Below are positions 34,168 to 44,479 of a stretch of 51,167 bases of DNA, piece after piece. A program made the translations under genes and the position numbers. The notes under the pieces were generated by a model, which was given only the letters and a program-made list of their open reading frames with translations, was not told the origin of the DNA and searched no databases. The DNA is from an archaeon (lineage in GTDB: Archaea; Iainarchaeota; Iainarchaeia; Iainarchaeales; 0-14-0-20-34-12): the NCBI GenBank assembly GCA_038046645.1, contig JBBSVU010000006.1, positions 87,414-138,580 of the forward strand, given 5' to 3'. The number at the start of each line of letters is the position of its first letter. Positions within the stretch are counted from its first letter, which is position 1.

Positions 34168-37100
34168 ATGGCTGAACAAACCCTTCCAGAAAGGAATCCC
34201 CAATTAGGCAAATTCCTCTCATTCTACGAACAAGAGTATAAGAAGCAGATAGAGCACCTTGTAAAGAAATATCCCGAAGAGCGTTCATTAAATGTTGATT
34301 TTAAGGAATTGGAACGCTTTGATTTTGAATTGGCAGATGAACTCCTTGAAAGCCCTGATGATTTGATAAAAAGTGCAGAATCTGCAATTGAAAGCGTTGA
34401 AGTCCCTTCTTTGCAGGTTGAAAAATTTGCACCGCACATAAGGTTCTTTAATCTGCCTGATGATAGAAAAATACTTTTAAGGAATTTGGGTTCAGCACAT
34501 TTAAATAAATTAATCTGTGTTGAAGGTGTAATAAAACAAATTACTGATGTGCTGCCAAAATTAAAAAAAGCAGCATGGCAATGCCGGAGATGTGGAAATG
34601 TTTACAAAGTGGATCAGGATTCCCCGGAATTAAAAAAGCCAGCATTTTGCGATTGCAGGCACCGTGATTTTTCCCTTGTTGAGGCTGAAAGTGAATTTGT
34701 TGATTATCAAAAAATACTTATTCAAGAATCCTTGGAATCCTTAAAAGGGAATGAACAGCCAACAGATATTCAGGTTTATATGTCTGATGACATTGTCAAT
34801 AAGGTTTCTGCAGGTGACAAAATAAAAATTGTAGGTATTTTAAGGTTAGGTCCATTGAATAAAGAAAAAGCAGCGTTTACCAGGTATTTAGAAGTGAGGC
34901 ATTTAGATAGGGTTGAACGGGAATTTGAAGATATTGTGATTAGTGAAGAGGAAGAAGCAGGGATAAAGCAATTAGCAAAAGATCCGCAAGTATTTGATAA
35001 ATTGATTAAAAGTTTAGCCCCTGGAATCTATGGCCATGAAATGGTAAAGGAAGCAATTATGTTGCAATTATTTGGCGGAGTAAAAAAAGTAATGCCTAAT
35101 GAACAAAAGATAAGGGGCAATATCCATGTTTTGCTTGTTGGTGAGCCTGGTGTTGCAAAATCACAAATGCTTCTTGCTGCGAATGCACTTTCGCCAAAAG
35201 GAATTTATATTGCAGGAAAGACATCTACAGGTGCAGGCATATCAGCAACTGCAGTAAAAGATGAATTTGGCGAAGGCGGTTGGACAATTAAGGCAGGAGC
35301 ATTGGTGTTAGCATCAGGAGGAGTAGCATTTATTGATGAGCTTGATAAAATGGATGCTGAAGACAGAAGTGCTATGCATGAAAGCCTGGAACAGCAATCT
35401 TATCACAAGGATTTTGAGATAATGCTTGCTGATGGTTCAAAACATAAAATAGGCAAATTAGTAGATTCCTTAATTGAAAATAATTTGCAAAGAGTAATTC
35501 AAGGCAAAAACTGTGAAATTTTAGAAGTAGATGATTTACAAGTGCTTACTGCTGATTTTAATAATTTGAGTCCAATTACTGTTAGCAGGGTTAGCAGGCA
35601 TAGAGCGCCAGACCATTTTGTAAAAATAACCTATTCAACCGGCAGAAGCATAATTGTTACACCAGAGCATCCAATTTTTGTTTTTGAAAACAATAACTTT
35701 GTTGAAAAAAGTGCAAGTTTATTGACAAAAGGGATGTTTTGCCCAGCAGCTAAAAAGATTGAAATTATCCCAAGAAATCAATCACTATTAACAGATGTTT
35801 CAGTTAATGGCAGAAAGGAATTGTTTTTGCCAGAGCAAATGAATCCAAACATAGGGGCATTTTTAGGATATGTTGCTAGTGAAGGGCACAGCTATTTTGA
35901 TGAATCGAATTCATATGCTGAAATAGGAATTAGCAATACCGACCCAATTATTATAAATCACATGACTGCTGTTTTTAAGGATAGTTTCAAATCATATTTG
36001 AATATAAATTCAATAAAAGCAGGCAATAGGGCAAAAGCAACAAAAGATATTACTACTGTAAGATGTTGTTCTTTGCCGCTTTATAATTATTTCAAAAATA
36101 ATTTTAATGAATTAATTGCAAAAGCACCTTTTAAGAGAATCCCAGCAAGAATACTTTCTGCAAACCAAGAAATTCAGGCAGAATTCCTTAAAGCAGCATT
36201 CAGCGGTGACGGTTTTATAGATAGCGAACGATTTGGTTTTTCCACAGCATCTTTATCTATGGCTGAAGATTATGCTGATTTGTTATTGCAATTTAGTATA
36301 ATATCGCGAATTCAAACAGAAGAAAGAAAGGAACACAAATATTATAAAGTTGTCATTAGTGGAACGAATTCCCTGAAGAAATTCCTTCAATTTGTTCCAG
36401 AAACAGACAAACGATTGGGAAGGCTTAATTATTTTATCAAACGGAGTTCCGCTAGATTAAATGAAGAGGATTTTATTCCAAATTGCATCCTGTGTGAGCT
36501 TAATGCTTTATTGAAATCATTAAAATTAAGTGATGGTTCTTTTGTCTTGTCAATTAACAAAAATTATTCTGCAGAAAGGAAAAGAGTTATTAAACATTTA
36601 GATAAGGTTTATGCTAAAATCAAATTTTTAAAAAGTTTGGATTGTGAGTCTCCCAGAAAAATACGCAAATTATTTAATCTTCCTTTGGGGGAAGTTGCCA
36701 ATTCTTTGGGCATAAGCAAGAGTATGGTAACTTATATTGAGAGAAACCTAAGAACCAAACAGGTTAGCAGATTGTTACTAACTGTCAAAAAATTAGCTTC
36801 AGATAAATTGTTAGATTTGGATGTTAAGTGTTCAAAAATTAAGTCAGTTGTAGATTCTGATTTGCGATTTGTCACTATTGCAAAAACAGAGATAATCCCA
36901 AATGTTGGTTCAGAATGGGTTTATGATGTTACAGTAGAACCAACAAGGAATTTTATTTCATCAGGGCTTGTTTTGCATAATTCTATCAGTGTTGCGAAGG
37001 CAGGCATTACCACAAGATTTAAGACAGAAACAAGTGTTTTGGCAGCATCAAATCCAAAATATTCGAGGTTTGACCCTTATTCCCCTTACTTGGAGCAAAT

Positions 37101-37845
37101 AGATTTGCCCCCCACATTAATCTCAAGGTTTGATTTATTCTTCTTAATTAAAGACGTGCTTGATAAAAAGAAAGATTTGGAAATTGCAACCCATATCCTA
37201 AAAACACACCAAGGTGGGGAGAAAATCCAGCAGCAAAAAATCCTCGGGAAAAAAATCTCAAAAGAGGACTGGAAGGAAATCGAAGAAAGGATTACACCGC
37301 CAATTCCAACTGAATTAGTGAAAAAATATATTTCTTATGGGAGGCAGAATATTTTTCCAGTTCTTTCAAAACAGGCAATCGCCCTAATTTCAGATTTCTA
37401 TGTTGGATTGCGTGAGAAAGGAAAGCAGGATGGAAATTACGCCGCCACCCACAGGCAATTGGAAGGTTTAATCAGGTTAAGCGAAGCATCAGCAAGGGTA
37501 AGGCTAGCTGATGCTGTTGAGATAGAAGATGCCCAGAGAGCCATTCGCTTGTTTGAATATTGCCTTGAAGGCACAGTAAAAGATCCGGAAACCGGAAAGA
37601 TTGACATTGATATTTTAACAAGCGGAAAGTCACATTCACAAACAGAATCCATAAAAAAGATTCTTAGGATAATAAAAGAGAAATCTGCTGAATTGGATGA
37701 AATTACTATTGAGGACATAATGAAAGAGGCGGAAGCACAGGGCATTGACAGAGATAGGGCAAAGGATTACATGGAAGATTTGCACAAGAAAGGGGATATC
37801 TATTATCCTAGGCATAATATTGTAAAGCCTGCCTCAAGGCAGTAA
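34168..37845 (+). CDS. mcm: Replicative helicase MCM (697 aa extein + 528 aa intein)
   Basis: Zn finger CRRC...CDC, Walker A GEPGVAKS, Walker B IDELDKM, SRFD arginine finger, RQLEGLIRLSEA, C-terminal winged helix. Confidence 0.97.
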   Translation: MAEQTLPERNPQLGKFLSFYEQEYKKQIEHLVKKYPEERSLNVDFKELERFDFELADELLESPDDLIKSAESAIESVEVPSLQVEKFAPHIRFFNLPDDRKILLRNLGSAHLNKLICVEGVIKQITDVLPKLKKAAWQCRRCGNVYKVDQDSPELKKPAFCDCRHRDFSLVEAESEFVDYQKILIQESLESLKGNEQPTDIQVYMSDDIVNKVSAGDKIKIVGILRLGPLNKEKAAFTRYLEVRHLDRVEREFEDIVISEEEEAGIKQLAKDPQVFDKLIKSLAPGIYGHEMVKEAIMLQLFGGVKKVMPNEQKIRGNIHVLLVGEPGVAKSQMLLAANALSPKGIYIAGKTSTGAGISATAVKDEFGEGGWTIKAGALVLASGGVAFIDELDKMDAEDRSAMHESLEQQSYHKDFEIMLADGSKHKIGKLVDSLIENNLQRVIQGKNCEILEVDDLQVLTADFNNLSPITVSRVSRHRAPDHFVKITYSTGRSIIVTPEHPIFVFENNNFVEKSASLLTKGMFCPAAKKIEIIPRNQSLLTDVSVNGRKELFLPEQMNPNIGAFLGYVASEGHSYFDESNSYAEIGISNTDPIIINHMTAVFKDSFKSYLNINSIKAGNRAKATKDITTVRCCSLPLYNYFKNNFNELIAKAPFKRIPARILSANQEIQAEFLKAAFSGDGFIDSERFGFSTASLSMAEDYADLLLQFSIISRIQTEERKEHKYYKVVISGTNSLKKFLQFVPETDKRLGRLNYFIKRSSARLNEEDFIPNCILCELNALLKSLKLSDGSFVLSINKNYSAERKRVIKHLDKVYAKIKFLKSLDCESPRKIRKLFNLPLGEVANSLGISKSMVTYIERNLRTKQVSRLLLTVKKLASDKLLDLDVKCSKIKSVVDSDLRFVTIAKTEIIPNVGSEWVYDVTVEPTRNFISSGLVLHNSISVAKAGITTRFKTETSVLAASNPKYSRFDPYSPYLEQIDLPPTLISRFDLFFLIKDVLDKKKDLEIATHILKTHQGGEKIQQQKILGKKISKEDWKEIEERITPPIPTELVKKYISYGRQNIFPVLSKQAIALISDFYVGLREKGKQDGNYAATHRQLEGLIRLSEASARVRLADAVEIEDAQRAIRLFEYCLEGTVKDPETGKIDIDILTSGKSHSQTESIKKILRIIKEKSAELDEITIEDIMKEAEAQGIDRDRAKDYMEDLHKKGDIYYPRHNIVKPASRQ
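35398..36981 (+). mobile_element. Intein with LAGLIDADG homing endonuclease in MCM
   Basis: Inserted at EQQ|SISVAKAG. Starts SYHKDFEIMLADG; block B TPEHP; FLGYVASEG and FLKAAFSGDG motifs; ends VYDVTV...LVLHN followed by Ser+1. Confidence 0.95.
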
Positions 37846-37857
37846 TTTGGAAGAATG

Positions 37858-38214
37858 TTATTGAATATTTATTGTTACTGTGTCCTTAAACAGATTTACA
37901 TCATTTACCGTTTTTTCAATATTCGTGGCAATGTTGTCAATTGGCAGGTTTGGCAAGCCGCTTTTTGGCTCGATTAAAATATTAAAAATTACTGAATCAT
38001 TCTGGTGGATAGGGCCCTCAATTTTTTGTATGTAATAAAAATCATCTTCGCCTGCCAGCTCCTTAATCACTAATTCTTTTATCAAAGCTAGGGCAGCGGT
38101 TTCCTTTTCTGCAGCAAAAGAATTAGCAATTATCAATGAAGAGGCAACCAGCACAATAACCGTAATCAGCATCATCTCTACTGAGGTCTGGCCTTTTTTA
38201 TTTATTGTTAACAT
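37858..38214 (-). CDS. Pilin-like protein (class III signal peptide)
   Basis: KKG|QTSVE followed by a hydrophobic stretch. Confidence 0.8.
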   Translation of the reverse strand: MLTINKKGQTSVEMMLITVIVLVASSLIIANSFAAEKETAALALIKELVIKELAGEDDFYYIQKIEGPIHQNDSVIFNILIEPKSGLPNLPIDNIATNIEKTVNDVNLFKDTVTINIQ

Positions 38215-38680
38215 TTATTTCACACTGTGCTGCACATTTTTTTTCGAAAATTAAGGAATATGCCTGTGTTTTTTCATTTTGGTTGCTGATTTGCTGCAAT
38301 CCCTTCAGCTGCAAACCTGCTTTGTAATAAGGGACATTAAAATTGCATTCCAGTTTGTTGCAATTTAAATTTGTCCAGTTTTTTGAAAATGATTGTGTAA
38401 GCCCTAAAATCTTGACCTTTATATTAAGGGGATCAGTAAGGCTTATTTCTGTTTTTTTGGGGATTAAGAGCATTACCTCTTTTTTTGCGCTTCCGCTTAT
38501 CAATGATATTTCTTCAATTGCATTCGCTATCTTTTGCGCTTCAATCTTTGCCTGGGTTATCCTTTGCACATCCTCAAGGCTCCCAGTGCTTTGCAGTATT
38601 CCTGGCTGCACGACAGCTTGCAGATATACCAAAGCAATAAGCGTTACAAGCAAGAATTCAATAGTTGTCTGCCCTTTCAT
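38198..38680 (-). CDS. Pilin-like protein (class III signal peptide)
   Basis: MKG|QTTIEF; ATG 38680 overlaps the peptidase stop (ATGA). Confidence 0.8.
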   Translation of the reverse strand: MKGQTTIEFLLVTLIALVYLQAVVQPGILQSTGSLEDVQRITQAKIEAQKIANAIEEISLISGSAKKEVMLLIPKKTEISLTDPLNIKVKILGLTQSFSKNWTNLNCNKLECNFNVPYYKAGLQLKGLQQISNQNEKTQAYSLIFEKKCAAQCEINVNNK

Positions 38681-39792
38681 CTTATTATTATATTCCACAA
38701 CAAATCACCGACAATATTCAAAAGCAAGTAAGCAATAAGCATTGCAGGCACCATAGGGGCGCTTTCTTTTATTCCAATAATTGTTTCTTTGCCCACTATC
38801 TTTTTGATTTCATTTACCTGTTCCTGTGTAAACCCGCAGGCTTTATTTGCGCTCGCAAATATTTCCTTGCCTTCAATCTTTTTCTTTAACTCATCCAATT
38901 GATTATGTTTTAGGTAATTTATAATCCTTTTTATGCTTAAAGGTTCCTCAAACCTTAGCTGATTGTTCTCAATAAGTATATTTTCCGCAGGTATCATGCC
39001 TTCTTCTAGCTCATTGGCAGAAATCCTTTTTCTCAAAACCTTTCCGCTGAGCGATAAAAGGTAAATCAATTGCGTTAAAGCAAATAAGGATAAAAAGATT
39101 GCAAAACTATCAAAAATACTTTTTAGTGCATCTTGCGCATAATTTATTGAAATTAAAAAAAGCAATACTGCCATGATTCCTGCAATTATTTTCATCTTTT
39201 TTTCAATAAACCCGAAAATTATTACTGCAATAAGCGCAGTTACCACATCCAAGTTAAGCAATGCCGAAATCTGCGCAATAGCGGAAAGGAATATCGCATA
39301 AGATATTAAGCCTTTACTTTTCAATATGCCGCTTTTTATGAATCCCATTTTATTTATCCTTGAGAAAACCAAAAATGCCCCATAAGGCAGCATTGAAAAT
39401 ATGCTGAATATAAAAAATGTTATCGGGAATATTGGCAGGTTTAAGGTACTGAATGCTACAATACTTAGCCCAAACTGTTGTGCAATGTTCAGGTTTACAG
39501 GATTTAGTGCGGAAATGCCAGTAAGCAGCTTTACATCGCCGCCAGCCCATAAACCCATTTTATATAAGATGAGGGCAAAGATAAATCCGTAAATAGCAGC
39601 AAATGCCGCATATATAAAATAAATCCAGTCATTAAGAATAAAAGATTCCAAAATCCCAATAATTAATCCTGTAAGGATAAGCCCATAGCTTAAGAAATCA
39701 GGCACAATTCTCTCTTTTAAATCAGTGTAGCTTGCATATGCTAATGCAGAAAATGAGATAAAAAAAGAAATAAGGGAAAGGAACAATAGCAT
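38677..39792 (-). CDS. Prepilin peptidase (A24; long EppA-like form)
   Basis: SYTDLKERIVPD, WAGGDVKLL, ELEEGMI insertion domain, PMVPAM. Confidence 0.9.
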   Translation of the reverse strand: MLLFLSLISFFISFSALAYASYTDLKERIVPDFLSYGLILTGLIIGILESFILNDWIYFIYAAFAAIYGFIFALILYKMGLWAGGDVKLLTGISALNPVNLNIAQQFGLSIVAFSTLNLPIFPITFFIFSIFSMLPYGAFLVFSRINKMGFIKSGILKSKGLISYAIFLSAIAQISALLNLDVVTALIAVIIFGFIEKKMKIIAGIMAVLLFLISINYAQDALKSIFDSFAIFLSLFALTQLIYLLSLSGKVLRKRISANELEEGMIPAENILIENNQLRFEEPLSIKRIINYLKHNQLDELKKKIEGKEIFASANKACGFTQEQVNEIKKIVGKETIIGIKESAPMVPAMLIAYLLLNIVGDLLWNIIIR

Positions 39793-39836
39793 ACTATACT
39801 TAGTTGATATTTTGTTTTATAATCCTTTCCAAATTT

Positions 39837-40007
39837 TTATTGAATTACACTTGCAATAGTATTTTCCCTGAGTTCTGCGATCTTAGCCAAAGCACCCATG
39901 GTTATATTTGTCAAAACAGCGACAACCGCAATAATTGCCATTGTAAATATAATTGCGAATGCCACTGTTATCAGATAATCAAATGATACTTGTGCCTTGT
40001 TGTTCAT
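39837..40007 (-). CDS. Small pilin (56 aa), absent from the ORF track
   Basis: MNNKA|QVSFDYLITVAFAIIFTMAIIAVVAVLTNITMGALAKIAELRENTIASVIQ*; in line with the operon. Confidence 0.8.
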   Translation of the reverse strand: MNNKAQVSFDYLITVAFAIIFTMAIIAVVAVLTNITMGALAKIAELRENTIASVIQ

Positions 40008-40015
40008 AAAAGATC

Positions 40016-40342
40016 TTAGCTACAAGTTGCTGTTGCCGCATCCCAAGTACACTTTTCACTGTCACAAATTGATTTTTGAGTTATTACTGCACAGTCTGCA
40101 TCACATAAAGTGACAGCATCCCAAACACAATGTGCTTTTGCAGAGCATATCTCCTCAGTTGTGTTATCTGAGCATTTTACTATGCCAACTATTGAGCCTA
40201 TTGCCTGGTTGCCTGCGTCAGTAACAGCCCCTTTTCCTGAGCTTGCCAAATTTGGCAGTACTGTCAATACAACAGCAACAACAATTAATGCTCCACCAAT
40301 TAGTAATAGGTACTCTAAAGCACCTTGTCCTTTCATATTCAT
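40016..40342 (-). CDS. Pilin with Cys-rich C-terminal repeats
   Basis: MKG|QGALEYLLLIGG; strong GGAGG SD; 8 Cys in two CxWDA-containing repeats. Confidence 0.85.
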   Translation of the reverse strand: MNMKGQGALEYLLLIGGALIVVAVVLTVLPNLASSGKGAVTDAGNQAIGSIVGIVKCSDNTTEEICSAKAHCVWDAVTLCDADCAVITQKSICDSEKCTWDAATATCS

Positions 40343-40424
40343 TTACACAACCTCCTTTTTTAGATATTTACTCTAATTTAGTCTTTCTTGTTTATTAAGC
40401 TTTTTGATGCCTTATAAACGTCAT

Positions 40425-40607
40425 TTACTTGCTCCCTGCGGCATAATTTATGTCGGTTCCGACATCAGTTGCAGCTTTTTGTGTGCTGCCAACCTGTTTT
40501 TTGACAACAAGTGCAGCTATTACCGCAAAGAACACAATTGCAGCTACTAATAATAATAATTCAATCCCTACCTGTGCCTTATTTTCCAATTTCAATTTTT
40601 TAAACAT
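40425..40607 (-). CDS. Small pilin (class III signal peptide)
   Basis: NKA|QVGIELLLL followed by a hydrophobic stretch. Confidence 0.8.
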   Translation of the reverse strand: MFKKLKLENKAQVGIELLLLVAAIVFFAVIAALVVKKQVGSTQKAATDVGTDINYAAGSK

Positions 40608-41521
40608 CAGATTCCACCCAGCATAGCATTTACAATATACACAGCTAAATAATATATTACATAGGCAATTAATAAAAGTATTGGGATGTAGATTAAAGCA
40701 CGGGTTGCTTTTCCCTCTCTCATCATCGTTATCATTGCAGCGCTTGCCACTACCTCAACAAAGATATATACCTGCATTAATGTTACAATTAGGTCTTTTG
40801 TAGCTATTGCCTCAGTAAGCTGTTTTTTAGTTAAATCAGCACCGGTTGCCACTGCTACTATTAAAAATGCAAGTATGGATGATACCATCCCTAAGATAAG
40901 CGGAGCAACAAAAGAGGAAGCAGACACTAAAAATAATACCTGCATTATTGTTCCGGCTTTTCTTTCCTGGTCTATCCTGTGCAATGCGCGGATATCATCA
41001 GATATTTTATCAAGGACATCTGCCAGACCAGCGCCGCTTTTTACAGAGTCTATTATGATATTTACAGACCGTTTTACTAATTTGCTGTCAACATCCTGCG
41101 AAAATCCTTTCAATGAATTTTCTAGATTTTCGCCTTCCTGCAATCTTCTTAATATATTGTCAATCTCTTCAGACAATGCACCATATTCTGCTGTGCTTAT
41201 CCCCCTTAATGCATATTCAAAGGTTCCGCCCGCCTTTAATGTATCTCCTATCTGTTTGAATGCATCAGGGAGATTTTCTTCAATTGATGAAATTCTTTTT
41301 AGTGCAAGTAAATAAGGGTAGGCAATTACTATGTCCAAAACAACAAATGCCAATACTAAACTCAAACCTGGTGAAACATTTAATGCGCTTAGCGTAATTG
41401 TTGAATATGCTATAATTCCTGTGCCTATGCTTAAACCTAAAGCTATAAGTATCCAAAGCATTGCCGGAAATTTCCAGTTTATTGAAAACAAATATTCTTT
41501 GTATTGTTTTAATATAGACAT
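40607..41521 (-). CDS. Type IV pilus membrane platform (T2SS-F/TadC-like)
   Basis: IEENLPDAF...LKAG, YGALSEE, GAGLADVL; TM helices. Confidence 0.9.
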   Translation of the reverse strand: MSILKQYKEYLFSINWKFPAMLWILIALGLSIGTGIIAYSTITLSALNVSPGLSLVLAFVVLDIVIAYPYLLALKRISSIEENLPDAFKQIGDTLKAGGTFEYALRGISTAEYGALSEEIDNILRRLQEGENLENSLKGFSQDVDSKLVKRSVNIIIDSVKSGAGLADVLDKISDDIRALHRIDQERKAGTIMQVLFLVSASSFVAPLILGMVSSILAFLIVAVATGADLTKKQLTEAIATKDLIVTLMQVYIFVEVVASAAMITMMREGKATRALIYIPILLLIAYVIYYLAVYIVNAMLGGI

Positions 41522-41523
41522 AA

Positions 41524-42615
41524 TTATACCTTGGGTTGCATAGCCCTTACATAAATAAATAACATAATCAATATGAGTGGCATTAGTACGAGATAAGTAA
41601 AAGCAATCATTTCAGTCGTCAAAGGAATTGAACTTAATGATGCTGATGGCAATGGCGTATTCCTTATTCCCCCTAAAATTCCTATAAATACCGGCAAAAT
41701 TATTGCAAGGAAAATAAATATTACCCCAAAGAAATTCATTTTTTGGGAAAAATCCCTTATTTTCATCTGTATTTCAAAAGAAACATCATTCGCAATTTCT
41801 TCCATTATATTTGAAAGGTTTCCTCCGGTTTTCAAAGCGCGAATCATGTGCATTATTGCGTTCCTCAGTGCCTTGCTTTGTGTCCTTAATGCAAGATGCC
41901 TTAACGCTTCCTTTGTGTCTGTCCCTTCTTCTATTTCTGTTCTTGCCCTTGCAAATTCCTCAGATAATATTCCATAATCCGCAGTTGCAATTGTTTCTAT
42001 TGTACGGTAAAAACTTATCCCTGCCCTTAATTCTGTTGACATATGCCTTAATGCAAAAGGCAGTTCAGCACTTATTTTTTGGGACCTTGTTTGTGCTGCC
42101 TGTTTAGGAATAATTAACATCACAATCATGCTTATGGCTAATGAACCCAGCAGTACCAAAGGCAATAACATAAAATTAGGAGTTTTCATCGAAGCAATTA
42201 AAACTAATGAAAGCAATCCCATTATGCCTGTGCTTATCAATGAAACAATAGCAGTTAGTGCAATCCATTGCTGCGCTGAATAAGGCATGTTTGCAGAGTA
42301 AAGATAAAACCCAACGGAATTTGAGAATTTTAATTTCTCAATAAGCTTTCCTAAAGGCTTTGTCAATGCACTTAATGAAAGGTATAATGAACCAAGCTTG
42401 TTAATTATGGGTGATTTAAAATTTTTTAATTCCTCAGCTGTTTGGACTTTAATGCTGCTTTTTGTTCCAGTAATTATCCCCTTAAGTTCACCATATTCAG
42501 TAGGTTCCTCAACAAGCGTCCCTTCTGCTTTATATTTCTTTTTGATTCTGTCAACTATGCTTGTCACTTTTTTCATGTCAAAAGTGTCATTTTCATCCTT
42601 TATCTTTATAGCCAT
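41524..42615 (-). CDS. Type IV pilus membrane platform (T2SS-F/TadB-like)
   Basis: ELPFALRHMSTELRAG, YGILSEEF, TGGNLS. Confidence 0.9.
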   Translation of the reverse strand: MAIKIKDENDTFDMKKVTSIVDRIKKKYKAEGTLVEEPTEYGELKGIITGTKSSIKVQTAEELKNFKSPIINKLGSLYLSLSALTKPLGKLIEKLKFSNSVGFYLYSANMPYSAQQWIALTAIVSLISTGIMGLLSLVLIASMKTPNFMLLPLVLLGSLAISMIVMLIIPKQAAQTRSQKISAELPFALRHMSTELRAGISFYRTIETIATADYGILSEEFARARTEIEEGTDTKEALRHLALRTQSKALRNAIMHMIRALKTGGNLSNIMEEIANDVSFEIQMKIRDFSQKMNFFGVIFIFLAIILPVFIGILGGIRNTPLPSASLSSIPLTTEMIAFTYLVLMPLILIMLFIYVRAMQPKV

Positions 42616-42619
42616 TGTC

Positions 42620-44374
42620 TCAGTCCTTATTCAAAAATAATTCCATCTCTGCCTTAACCTGATTAATATCATGTGTGTCCTTTTTGATGAGCATTTCAAT
42701 AAACCTTTTCCTTTCTTCAATTTTGTCAAGCAATTGTTTCTGGTTTAATCCGGAATATTTTTCAAGTTCTTTCATGAAATTGCTTGGCATTGAGGTTCTT
42801 TCCAAATTATCTGTTTTGGCATTCCACTCAAACAAAGGCATGGTATCTGACCTGCCTTCTAAAACGCCAGAAACCTCAGATATTTCAATTACTCTTCTGA
42901 TTGTCCCTAATTTTTTATCGTGTATCCTATGCTCTACTATAATTAAATCTAATCCTGAAAGCATCATGTTAGGAACATTCATTGGAGGGCTTGTTACCCT
43001 AACCAATGTTTCCTTTGCGCTGTTCGCATGCACTGTTCCTAAAGAACCCGCATGCCCGGTATTCATTGCGGTGAATAGGCTAAATGCTTCATCATGCCTT
43101 ATTTCCCCCACAATAATTCTGTCAGGCCTCATTCTTAATGAATTTTTAGTCAAAATATCTAATGTTAATTCTCCTCGGCCTTCTAATCCTGGCGGTCTTG
43201 CCTCTAACCTAACCCAATGGTCTAATGGAAGGTTGAGCTCGGCAGTGTCTTCTATGGTGACTATTCTTTCATTGTTTGGCACTACTGATGCCAAAACATT
43301 TAGCAGAGTTGTTTTGCCTGAACCTGTTCCGCCCGAAATTAATATATTCGCAGGCTTTACTTTTAATCCTTCAGTGCAAACCCAAAGGAAAGCAGCAGCC
43401 TCGCTTGATAACGTATTAAATTTAACAAGGTCAATAAGCGAATAAGGATCTTTCCTGAATTTCCTGATTGTTATTGTTGAGCCAGAAACCGATGCAGGCG
43501 CAATAGTTGCATTTACCCTGCTCCCATCTGGCAGCCTTGCATCCAGCAATGGATTTGAAAAATCAACCCTTCTCCCAATCTCTCGCCCAATTCTATTTAT
43601 TAGGTCATTTATTTCTTCATCTGAAATGAATTCTACGTTTGTTTTCATCATTTCATATTTTCTATGGAAAACATAGACAGGCCTATGTGCCCCAATAACC
43701 ATTATTTCTTCTAAGCCGTCATCCCTTACTAATTGGTCAATCAAACCATAGCCAACCATTTCCCTTACAACAGCATTTGCATAAAAATCAAACCTTGCTT
43801 TAGGGATTTTTAATTCTGGTGCACTACTTAAAATTTCCAAAATCTTCTCTTTGTAAACTACCCTTCTTTGTTCTGGGTCTCGGATAAAATAGGGGTTAAT
43901 TGAGATTACCCTCGTGGCTACTTCTTTTATGGTATTTATGACAGTTTTTTCTGTTTCTGTCGGCCTTGGGCTAGGGACAACATAGTAAGGCATCTCCTTT
44001 CCTTCTATTTTGTAAATAGTTATTTCACCGTACTGTTCCAATATTTTTTTCTTTTTGGCTTCCTTAGCTTCTTTATCGGCCTGGGTTTCTGGAACTTTGT
44101 CCCCAAGTGTTTCTTCTTTTACGAATGTTTTTTCAGAAACTTCCCTTTTTGGCTCATTCAGGTAATATGTTTTTTTTTCATATATTTGTTCAGTGCCCTT
44201 TCTTAAAGGCCCGGATTCCTTTTGAATAACATTCCCTTCTAACAATTCTAGGGCTTTATCAATATCCTCTTTTTTAACCTCGATATCCTGCCCAAGTTTT
44301 TCTTGTTTATCGGATTTTTCATCCTTTGCCTGCTTGGCTTTTTTCATTAATTCCTTTAGGTAATCTTGCGGCAT
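42620..44374 (-). CDS. Type IV pilus assembly ATPase (CpaF/TadA family)
   Basis: DARLPDGSRVNA, GGTGSGKTT, IEDTAEL, LRMRPDRIIVGEIR, MNTGH...TVHANS. Confidence 0.95.
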   Translation of the reverse strand: MPQDYLKELMKKAKQAKDEKSDKQEKLGQDIEVKKEDIDKALELLEGNVIQKESGPLRKGTEQIYEKKTYYLNEPKREVSEKTFVKEETLGDKVPETQADKEAKEAKKKKILEQYGEITIYKIEGKEMPYYVVPSPRPTETEKTVINTIKEVATRVISINPYFIRDPEQRRVVYKEKILEILSSAPELKIPKARFDFYANAVVREMVGYGLIDQLVRDDGLEEIMVIGAHRPVYVFHRKYEMMKTNVEFISDEEINDLINRIGREIGRRVDFSNPLLDARLPDGSRVNATIAPASVSGSTITIRKFRKDPYSLIDLVKFNTLSSEAAAFLWVCTEGLKVKPANILISGGTGSGKTTLLNVLASVVPNNERIVTIEDTAELNLPLDHWVRLEARPPGLEGRGELTLDILTKNSLRMRPDRIIVGEIRHDEAFSLFTAMNTGHAGSLGTVHANSAKETLVRVTSPPMNVPNMMLSGLDLIIVEHRIHDKKLGTIRRVIEISEVSGVLEGRSDTMPLFEWNAKTDNLERTSMPSNFMKELEKYSGLNQKQLLDKIEERKRFIEMLIKKDTHDINQVKAEMELFLNKD

Positions 44375-44479
44375 TTATAAATCACACATCTACTAATCTA
44401 CTATTATATTGTACTGAATAGGGTTTCTCTTTATTTAAATTTTATCTTTTATAAGGTATTGAACATCTATTACTATATG

